DNA from: Prasinococcaceae sp. CCMP 1430
Lineage: Eukaryota > Plantae > Prasinodermophyta
Direction of reading: 5' to 3'
DNA: 64,000 nt
Assembly: GCA_013416795.1 (NCBI GenBank)
Contig: RQSC01000009.1
Span: 154,480-218,479 of the forward strand
This document shows positions 55,607 through 64,000 of this stretch, piece by piece. The notes under the pieces are model-generated. The model saw nothing but the letters and a program-made list of their open reading frames with translations, made no database searches and was not told the DNA's origin. Each line of letters starts with the position of its first letter. Position 1 is the stretch's first letter. A program made the position numbers and the translations under genes.

Positions 55607-56580
55607 CTACTCAGCCGTGTCCCCACCGCCGTCGCTCTGGCCCTGCTCCACTGGCACGACGGTCTCTCGTCGGGTCCGCATCGCGTGTGCGAGGAAGTTG
55701 CGCGTCCGAGCAGCCACATCACTCCCGCCACTGCCGAGTTCCACGTCCTGGAGCTCATCATCGCCGAGCAACGGCACGGAGGCCGCGCCCCCGCGCTTGT
55801 GCTGGCGCTGGTAGAGAAGGGTGCCGCCGACTCCCATCGCACCGCCCACAGCCAGCGACACGAGAGTGGCGACCACCGCGTGGGCGGCCCCGCGGTGGGC
55901 TTTGGAGGGCCTGGGCGCGGGCGCGGGCGCCGGCGGCGGCGCTGGGACGGGCGCCGCCAGGACGTCGACGGACGCCGTCGCGTAGTGCGCAACAGCGCCG
56001 TACGTCTCGTTCTTCCCCCACGTCTTGTTCTCGCTCAGCTGCTCGATGTGACTAACCATGCCGAAGGACACCGCGCCCCGCTCAAGCGTGCCGCCTGGCA
56101 GTGCCACGGTCCCATCGTCGCCCGTCGAGTTGGAGTACACAGCGCTGCCGTTGGCGGAGAAGACCTGCACATGCGCGCCCGCGAGCGGCGCGCCGTTGAA
56201 CGACACCGAGGCGGAGCCGCAGCCGCAGCCGCACTCGGCCGAGGGCCGCAGCGACAGTGCGAGCTCGGCGCCGGCGAGCGCCTTGTCGGCGTACTGCCAC
56301 GAGCCCTCGCTGTCTGGGCGCGCCGCGGAGTAGTGGTAGCGCAGCAGCGGCGGGTCCTTGGCGTGCTCCGGCAGGGGGTAGAGGCCGAAGCTGAAGGCTC
56401 CTAGCGCGGCGAGGGCGTCGCCGTCCGCCTGGTCCAGCGGCGCTTCCAGGACGGCGTAGCCCGCATGGCCGGGCTCGGGCACGAGCGCGAGCGCGAGCGC
56501 CTCAAGGGCCGGGTTGCCGTCCTCGCCGCCCTCGCTGGCACGCGCGCGCTGCCGCTCGCCGGCCGGCGCCGCGCCGGCGC
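55607..56580 (-). CDS. Type I membrane protein with a DUF4198-like ectodomain; 5' end in gap 56581-56604
   Basis: VSFNGAPLAGAHVQV...STGDDGTVALP...MVSHIE...YGAVAHYATASV resembles the DUF4198 C-terminus; Pro-rich stalk, TM helix, cytosolic tail. Confidence 0.6.
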
Positions 56581-57246
56581 NNNNNNNNNNNNNNNNNNNN
56601 NNNNGCGCTCGCAGGCCCCGCAGCGCCACGCGTGCGCGCATGCGCCCGCGCCGCAACCGCCGCCGCGCGCCCCCGCAGACGCCGTTACGAACCTCCGCCG
56701 TCCACCGTTTCGCGCCCACGCACGGCGCACACCCCACACCTCCCTACCCCAGCAGACACACACACCGCGTCCGCGGGGGTGCGCCCCAGCGGGGAGCGCG
56801 CCCGCCGGCCCCGGCCCGACCGAGCTCGCCCTCCTCTCCCTCCGTGGCGGACCCAGAGGGGTAGCGCTCGCCGCCTCCTTCCTCCCCTCCCAGACGCAAT
56901 TCGCGGAACGGGGATTCGCGCGCGCGCGACCAAAAAAGTGCCCCTTCGCGAAGAGGCACGCTTTGTCGGGGCCTCCGTGGGCGTGTGCCCGCCACACGCC
57001 CGGCGCGTGCGGGACCCTACGCCGCGCCGGGCACAAAGATGCGGCAATGAAAACTAATTTTCCCGTGAATTGCTGCGTCGGTGAGGATATGTGACCTCAT
57101 GAGGCTCTGTGACGCATCGATAGAATTGCGGATAATAAAATCGACGGAGACCCAAAGCGCAGGTTGGGGTTCTGCGACCTTGAGAGCAGGAACTGATCGA
57201 AGTGTCACACTTGTGTCGTTACGGAGTGTCGTGACTCGAGTGCACA

Positions 57247-58450
57247 TCACAAGAGCCCGCGGTCGTCAGGCCCTGGCGAGAGCTGGTATGCGTCTCCTGA
57301 CGCGCCGCCGAGGTTGAGCCGCGCCTTGACCTGGTCCCACGCAGCCGCGGGCCCGCCCGCCCTCCACACCGCCCAGCCAGCTCCCGCCGCTGCCGCGAGC
57401 GCGACGACCACGGCGAACGCGACGCCCAGACTCCCGCCCGAGCCGGACGACGCCGAGGACCCGCACAGCGTGCTGTCACCGACATCGAAGATAGTGGTTG
57501 GGCCAGGCACCGGCGCGCCGGGGCCAGCCACGTAGATGGCGTCGAGCGCGGTGCCGTCCTCGCGCGCGTACACGCGCAGCTCGTACTCGGCGCCCCCGTC
57601 GAGGTGCCACTGCGCGAAGTCCTGTCCCTGGTCGTACGTGTCATCCGCCGCGGCGCCGCACGTGGCATCCCACGGCTCGCTGCTGAAGTCCTGGCTGTCT
57701 CCCTCGAGCTGCCCCGCGAACTCGTACCACTCGGGCGCCCGCACCGGCTCCATGAACCCGCGGCCGACAGGGCACTTGGCGCCAAAGCCTTTGGCGGTGT
57801 CAGTCGGCTGCCAGAAGTTGGCGTCGCACTTGTCCGGTCCCGGCTTCTCTTCCCAGCACGCGCAGACATGCGTGGTCAGGTCGTAACAGCAGCCAGCCCA
57901 CCGCCCCGCTTGCTCGGCGATGCCCTCGATAGCGGGCCGCATCGTGTCGGGCCCCGGCACCACCGTGCCGCCCGAGTCCACCATCACAAGGTACAGCGAG
58001 TCGCCGCCGCCGACCGTGTCGCCCGCCGTCCAGCGCAGAAAGGCCGTGTGCATGCCGCCCTCATCCTTGGCCACGCGCAGAGACACACCCACGTACGGTG
58101 CGACACCCTCGAGCTGTGCGGCGTGTGTCAGCGGCTCCCGACCCGACGATGGCTCCCCCCTTGGCGGGAAGTGCTGCTGCTCGTCGGGGAGCGCCTGCAG
58201 CCACCAGCCCGTGAAGCTGTTGTGCGGCTGCTTGGGCTTCTCCTCGGGGGGGTCGCCCTCCACCAGCCGCCACTCGGGCGCCAAGGGCGTCACCCCCCCC
58301 TCCTTTGCCTCCGGCGCCGCGCCCGGCACGCTCCTGTACGCGCCCTTATCGCCGGCCAGCATCACGAACGCGCCGTTGTGCGACGCGCACAGCGGGGCCG
58401 TCTGGGTTGCCGCCGCGGCCGCCGCGGGACGAGGCGCAGCGGCCGCCGCC
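57247..58450 (-). CDS. Type I membrane protein with a putative carbohydrate-binding beta-sandwich ectodomain
   Basis: AFLRWTAG...GDSLYLV...YELRVYAREDGTALDAIYV is a CBM-like pattern; Cys/Trp-rich; C-terminal TM LGVAFAVVVALAAAAGAGWAVW. Confidence 0.6.
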
Positions 58451-58605
58451 AGCGCCAGCGCCATCAGGCCGCCGATGCTGGTGCCGCCGATCGTGTCGAA
58501 CAGGGTGCTGACGGGGTGCCCGGACGCGCTCTCGAGGTACGCCAGGACCTTGCAGGGGAGGATGCCGCGGACGCCGCCGCCGGACAGGCTTAAGATTGTG
58601 CGCAT
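58440..58605 (-). CDS. Patatin-like phospholipase N-terminal fragment, fused in frame to the CBM-like ORF
   Basis: MRTILSLSGGGVRGI (oxyanion Gly loop) and GTSIGG (GxSxG nucleophile); the catalytic DGG is absent. Confidence 0.8.
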
Positions 58606-58620
58606 CTTTGTATTAGTGCC

Positions 58621-59403
58621 ATGGAAATAACTCGCCAGCGCCTGTTGCGCAAGCTGCAAGGGCAAGACCTGGAGGTCACGACCCTGTTCCTGGAGTACGA
58701 TTACACGGAGGCCAGCGCCCCGCCCGCCCTCCAGGTGCACACCGCCAGCCGGGCCGTCCTGAACACGAGCCGCGAGCAGATCGAGAACGTGTTTGCCCAG
58801 CTGGCCATGGTGCCCCGGTCCCCCAGCTCGTACCTGACGTCTTGCCACGATGGCGGCGTGATGATGCTCAAGGTCGCGAGCCCCGACGGGGTCCTGCGCG
58901 CCGTGCTCACCGTGTCCGACGCGTCACACCAACGGCGGAGTGGGAGCTACCAGCGCGATGCCGCGGTGACGGTGAACGGGGTGCTCCGGGGGGCCGCGGA
59001 CCGCCTGCGGTTGGGCGCGACCGACGTGGTGTTCGAGCAGAACCAGAAAGGCTTGATTTGCCTGCGTGCCCAGGCCCCCTATACTGCTACCGACCTGACC
59101 GACAGCGAGCTCCCTCGAACCCATGCCCTGGCCGTGAACCAGGGGTACGGGTCCCTGCTGTTCTACGACGACCAAGGGAACGAGCTGGGGCGGCTGTCGC
59201 GGTGCTATCGCCTGGTGAACGGGATCCGGTACAGCTATTGCAAGGTCGTGAAGCTCAGGGTCATTTCACAGACGATCCAGGTCACCCCGACGACCTACAG
59301 CGACTGGAACTTCGAGTTGTTCACCAGCAAGCGGGAGGACCTCGTGAACGTCCTCAGCGAAGACCTGTCCGAGACCATCACCCCCTCCCCCTGCTCTGTC
59401 GTC
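58621..59403 (+). CDS. Unknown ~260-aa beta-rich ORF, fused in frame upstream of SGT1
   Basis: Open, intronless, C-ending codon bias; no recognised family. Confidence 0.6.
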
Positions 59404-60402
59404 ATGGCCGCGCCAGATGCGATGGCCGCCGCGGTGCGCGCCGTCTCCCTCGATGGCGCGTGCGCGGCCGCGCACGCTGCCAAGGGCCGCGCGGCGTTCT
59501 CGCTCGACGAGTGGGACACGGCGGCTGCGGCATTCGACCGCGCCGCGGAGCTCGACGCCGAAGGCGCGCGCACGCACCGCACGTGGGCGCGCCGTGCGCG
59601 CGCCGAGGCTGACGAGGAAGAGCGGCTCGAGCGCGAGGCGTCGGGCGCCGCCGCGGGTCGCAGCAGCAGCGGTGGCGCTGCCGCCTGCGTGCCAGCGGGG
59701 ACCGGTGCCGCTGCAGTCGCAGCGACGCCATCCGAGGCTGCTGCGGCCGCGGCGCCCAAGCCCAAGGCCGTCGCTCTGCCGTCTTCCTTTCGTGTGGAGT
59801 GGTACCAGACTATGAACCAGGTGGTCGTGAGCATCCTCGCCAGGGGACTCAAGCAGGAACAGGTGCACGTTGAGCTCGACGAGCGCGAGGCCGAGGTCTC
59901 TATCGACCTAGGCGAGGAGGCGGAGCCATTCGTGTGGCGGCGCGCGCTCTTCGCGGACATTGTGCCCGAGAAGTGCAAGTGCGGCGTCTTCGCCTCCAAG
60001 GTGGAGCTCAAGCTCGAGAAGGCGACGGTCGCGCAGTGGGCGGACGTCGAGCGCGTGGGCAACGCGCCCGCACCCGTGTTGCAGCCCGCCAACTATTCCA
60101 GCGAGCAGCCCGACAGGCCCAGGTACCCGTCGAGCAGCAAGAAAGACTTCCGTGACTGGGACAAGCTCGAGGCACAGGTCATCAAGGAGGAGGAGAATGA
60201 GAAACCCGAGGGCGATGCGGCTCTGCAGAAGCTCTTTCAGGACATATACAAGAACGCCTCCGACGACACGCGCCGCGCGATGAACAAGAGCTTCCAAGAG
60301 AGCAACGGCACCACGCTGTCCACCAACTGGGCGGAGATAGGCAGCAAGTTCACCGAGGGGCAGGCGCCCGAGGGCATGGAGCTTAAGAAGTACGAGCAGT
60401 GA
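59404..60402 (+). CDS. SGT1: SGT1 co-chaperone (partial TPR + CS + SGS)
   Basis: KGRAAFSLDEWDTA (TPR3), FRVEWYQT (CS), YPSS...DWDKLE...GDAALQKLFQDIY...RRAMNKSFQESNGTTLSTNW (SGS). Confidence 0.95.
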   Translation: MAAPDAMAAAVRAVSLDGACAAAHAAKGRAAFSLDEWDTAAAAFDRAAELDAEGARTHRTWARRARAEADEEERLEREASGAAAGRSSSGGAAACVPAGTGAAAVAATPSEAAAAAAPKPKAVALPSSFRVEWYQTMNQVVVSILARGLKQEQVHVELDEREAEVSIDLGEEAEPFVWRRALFADIVPEKCKCGVFASKVELKLEKATVAQWADVERVGNAPAPVLQPANYSSEQPDRPRYPSSSKKDFRDWDKLEAQVIKEEENEKPEGDAALQKLFQDIYKNASDDTRRAMNKSFQESNGTTLSTNWAEIGSKFTEGQAPEGMELKKYEQ

Positions 60403-60541
60403 GCCGAGAACGCGGCCGCCACGTGCGCGCGCACACGCACAGACGGAGGTACACTCAGGCTGTAGCATCGCACAGTCGACTTCAATTATGCAGCCACTGA
60501 GCGCCACGCCACAAGTGCATGCGCGCGCGCGCGCAGTCTCC

Positions 60542-60661
60542 CTACGCAGCCACGTCATGGCGCACGTTCCCATGGATCTCTGTGCCGGGCATCACGCTGC
60601 CGTCGTCGACTGCGGGGGCAACGGCGAGCGCGGGCATGCAAGCGTCAGCGCCAGCGCACGC

Positions 60662-60693
<32 letters not shown>

Positions 60694-61869
60694 ACGTGTG
60701 CGTTTTGACCCCGTAGTATGCGCGTCCCTCACCCACCGCCCCGGGGCGCCAGCGCACGCGCGCGAGAAGGCGCGCGTGGCGGCGCGCGCGCGCGCACCGT
60801 CGTACGGGTAGTCGCCCAGCGGCGCAATGGTCTCCTGGATCGTGCGCGTGACGCGCTCGCCTAGGGCGCGGTCGGCGAAGCCCACCAGGCCGCACAGGTT
60901 CTGCACGGCGTCCGGGTTGTGCGTGTAGTCGTACAGGCGGCCCACAGTGTCGGTCACGCCGCCGCCCGCCGCGACGAGCAGTGCCTCACCCGCGCAGCTG
61001 TCCCACTTTTTGGACGCCTTGCGCAGCATGAGGTTGCAGTGCGCCGAGCCCTCGAGCACCCGCAGCCAGTGATAGCCGGTCGCCGAGATTCGGCACGCCT
61101 CCTCGACCTGCAGCGCCTCGCAGCAGGGCTCCTGGCGCGCGTCGCGCAGGTTGCGCTGCAGGCACGCGCGCAGTGGCGGCGGCGCGCTCACTCGGGCCTC
61201 CATCCGCACCCCACCGCCGCGGACGCCCACCCCCGGGCCGCCCCACACCGTTCGCCCGAGGGGTGCCAACCGCTCGTCCGTCTGTCCGTCCGCTGCCGCG
61301 CGCGCATCGTAGCCATGGAAAGGCTGGTGGATGACGCCGGCGACGGGTCGCCCGTCCACTGCGACGCCCATAAGAACCGTGACAGCCTCACGCTCGCCGC
61401 CAGCGTACTCGTTGGTGCCGTCCAGCGGGTCGGCGTACACGACCACGCGCGAGGCATCCACTGGCTCGCGCAGCGCCTCGGGCCACCCGGCCTCCTGCGA
61501 CGCGGCCAGCTCGGCCTCCGTCGAGCGCGCACCCTCCACAAGCCGCCGGGCGGCCTCGGCGTCCGCCTCACGCATCTCGCCGTCCATTTCGCCCTCAGAG
61601 CTCTCCTCGCCGACGACCACCACCTCTGCATGCGCGCGCGCCAGCGCGGCCAGCAGCAGCGCCTCCACACGTCGGTCGGCCTCGGTCTGCGCATCGGCGA
61701 CCAGCGCGCCGTCGAGAGTGGGGATGGCGCCCTTGTCGCGCACTCCGAGGTCGCCCCCCCGAGTGACTTCACGTATGACTGCGCCCGAGGCGTCCGCGAG
61801 GTCGACGAGCAGCCCGACGAGCGATGGCACGTGGACCGTCCCCGCCGCCATCGCCGGCGCGCCCGCCAT
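60542..61869 (-). CDS. BPNT1: 3'(2'),5'-bisphosphate nucleotidase (BPNT1-type, IMPase family); last exon 60609-60542
   Basis: QTEADR, VVGEES, DPLDGTNEY, VTVLMGVAVDGRPVAGVIHQPF, KKWDSCAGEALL. Confidence 0.88.
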
Positions 61870-62346
61870 CGCGCGCGGGCGCGCGCGCCGAGCCCCTCCC
61901 CTCCCCTCCCCTCCCCGCTCCACCCCTCCCCACACAGACCACACGAGCGCGAGTGCGGGGGCCGCGACCTCGTGCTGCCTGCCCCGCGCAGCGTGCCGCG
62001 CGTCGTCTGCCGCGCGCGACGCGTCTGGGCCGCACGTCGTGGATAAACGGCGCCGCCAAAGTGGGCGTTTCGCGCACACGAACCTGCCAGCGTTCGCGCA
62101 CCAGAGGGGGCACAGACGCGGCGCGCGGGGCGGGGGCGGCGGCTCCTCTCTCTCGCCACCCTCCCCCCTCATCCGCGCGCGTGCGTCGATGGCGGCGCGC
62201 GCTGCCGCGCGCCGGCGGCCGTCCGCGCGAAGGGGGCGCCGCCAAGNNNNNNNNNNNNNNNNNNNNNNNNNNNNNNNNNNNNNNNNNNNNNNNNNNNNNN
62301 NNNNNNNNNNNNNNNNNNNNNNNNNNNNNNNNNNNNNNNNNNNNNN

Positions 62347-64000
62347 AGGCCGAGCCACCCGCACGGGCGGCGGCGGTGGAGCCGGCGGTGGATCTGGACG
62401 ACGAGGAAGCAGCGGCGGAGCACGAGCTGGTGGAGGTGCCTGCGCGCGTGTGCCCTGCCTCCAAGAGCGTGCCTGTGCACAAGGACAAGCCGGACGGGCG
62501 TGGCGCGTCGCTCGACAGCTGGATCAGCGTCGTCTACCTCACACGCCAGCCAGCCAGCACGCTCGTCCTGGTCGACGATCTCACCGGCAACGAGTACAAG
62601 GTCGCTATCGAGCCGGGACGCCTCTGCTGCTGGCCGAATGCCCGATTCTCGCACCGCGTCGATGTGGACCCCGCGGCGATAGCGACGGCGATGACGGATC
62701 CAGTGGCGGTGGCGCAGGCCGCTAATCTTGCGAGCTACCGTTGCATGCTCGGCCCCATGGCCTTCCGCCAGCCCGCCGGAGCCGACTCGGGCGGCGAAGA
62801 GCTCATTTACACTGAGGGCGGCTGTGGCGGCGGCTGCGGCGGCGGCGGAGCCTGCGGCGGCGGTGCGACGGGCGGCGGTGGCCCCCCAAGCGAGGCTGCC
62901 ATCGCCTGCTTTCGCATGATGTTCGGCGAATCGGCGGTGGCGGCGGCCGCAGGAACTACATCGAGAACAGTGAGGCGGTACTACATCGACTACAGCGACT
63001 ACATCGAGAACAGTGAGACGGTGAAAGTCATTGGGCACTCCGTGCTGGAACAGGCGGTGCTAGACAAGCCCAAGGGCACAGCGGATCCCAACACAATGAA
63101 TGACACGCTCTTACTCAAGCCCTACCAGCCCGAATACCGCAGCTTCTTTTCGGGCGGACTGCAGGAGGGTCTCGATCAGATGGCGCTGTGGCAGCAGATC
63201 CAGACGCAAATCGGGCTTCTCGAGTCATACCTCGCGCAGATCGCCAACCTCTCACCGGACTACAGCTGGGAGCTGGTCTGCGAGGGCCTCTGGTGCTGTC
63301 CCGAAAAGGGTCTACAATTTACGCGTGATGCGGTCATGCTTGACTAGCTGCGTCGTGCACTGCGTCTCTACCGCTCGTAGTTGCACGTCGAGGAAGCCTT
63401 AGGGTTTAGGTTTAGGGAGCCTTCCTTATCCTCCACGCACAGGGTGTGCCTCCAATTCGGTGGCGCCACCTACTACCTGACCCTTGTCGAACGTTGTTGG
63501 GCGGGCAACACGGCGGCTAAGGCGCTGGCGGAGGCGCAGGCCGCCGAGACGGCAGCCCAAGCGGCCCTCGCGCCGTACGCAGCCGTCCCCGCCAAGCCGG
63601 CCGCAGCGATGCCCGCCGCACCCGGCGGCCAGGTCCAGGTGGCGATGGAGGTGCCCCCGGGCGTCACCGCCGGCCAGACCGTTCAGATAGAGGTGGCCGG
63701 CGTCGGCGGCGGCCGCACGTACTACATCGAGAACAGTGAGACGGTGAAAATCATTGGGCACTCCGTGCTGGAACGGGCGGTGCTAGACAAGCCCAAGGGC
63801 ACAGCGGATCCCAACACAATGAATGACACGCTCTTACTCAAGCCCTACCAGCCCGAATACCGCAGCTTCTTTTCGGGCGGACTGCAGGAGGGTCTCGATC
63901 AGATGGCGCTGTGGCAGCAGATCCAGACGCAAATCGGGCTTCTCGAGTCATACCTCGCGCAGATCGCCAACCTCTCACCGGACTACAGCTGGGAGCTGGT
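62347..64000 (+). CDS. 2OG-Fe(II) oxygenase-like domain + Gly/Cys linker + tandemly duplicated unknown domain; intron 63293-63442; open at window end
   Basis: PVHKD (HxD), VVYLT, EPGRL, FSHRV (distal His), YRCMLGP (Arg). Splicing GT 63293 to AG 63442 gives ...EGLWVCLQF... and leads into a second copy of the domain. Confidence 0.65.
62998..64000 (+). repeat. Direct repeat: 62998-63277 vs 63721-64000 (at least 280 nt, 2 mismatches)
   Basis: Offset 723 nt; differences are GTC/ATC (V/I) and CAG/CGG (Q/R). Confidence 0.95.
63399..63417 (+). repeat. Telomere-like TTAGGGTTTAGGTTTAGGG within a predicted intron
   Basis: Read directly from the sequence. Confidence 0.7.

Larger units (their letters stand above)
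2631..62346. other. Assembly joins: single Ns at 2631, 7776, 15316, 16344, 18574, 22232, 24400, 50394; gaps 5567-5674, 10548-10623, 19737-19800, 56581-56604, 62247-62346
   Basis: Read directly. Unrelated truncated genes abut at most of the single-N joins. Confidence 0.95.

Noticed and set aside
334-63442. Introner-type repeated introns
   Set aside because: Introns share only simple-sequence composition and short splice motifs, not extended sequence identity.
238-63761. Many long Arg/Ala/Pro-rich ORFs in the six-frame track (e.g. 238-1572, 8757-9872, 16689-19127, 47999-50596)
   Set aside because: These are antisense or off-frame shadows of real genes; stop codons are rare at this GC content.

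Overview
Very GC-rich, intron-containing eukaryotic nuclear DNA from the green lineage. The evidence is nuclear sufB, tatA, hemA, GluTR-binding protein and DGD1, plus TTTAGGG motifs. A prasinophyte/Prasinoderma-like alga is my inference, not something the sequence proves. The window is gene-dense, with about 37 genes or gene pieces. Recognisable ones are SPCS1, SDH1, HEMA, GluTR-binding protein, Csm1/TITAN9, TatA, DGD1, a front-end desaturase, NDUFAF7-like, SOS1-like and NHX antiporters, two CRAL-TRIO proteins, PreP, a sulfotransferase, SGT1, BPNT1 and a 2OG-Fe(II) oxygenase. Introns are GT-AG, usually have CTGAC/CTCAC branch sites, and are full of (GC)n/(GT)n/(CA)n repeats. The scaffold is heavily stitched: five N-gaps, eight single-N joins, and many genes present only as fragments (sufB, Trm10, ZFYVE26, NudC-like, GTG/GPR89, ZNHIT3, DDX55). 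All neighbourhood claims therefore need long-read confirmation. The main leads are: (1) a ~1 kb foreign-looking bidirectional cassette at 58.4-59.4 kb (patatin N-terminal half plus an unknown ORF, start codons 15 bp apart) fused in frame to a host gene on each side; (2) recurrent gap-free in-frame gene-fragment fusions; (3) HEMA close to and divergent from its regulator GBP; (4) a shared upstream architecture on two Na+/H+ antiporter genes; (5) a 2OG oxygenase carrying a very recent, frame-shifting domain duplication; (6) a cluster of secreted/surface genes with a sulfotransferase and a PAP phosphatase. I found no tRNA, rRNA, CRISPR array or transposase.
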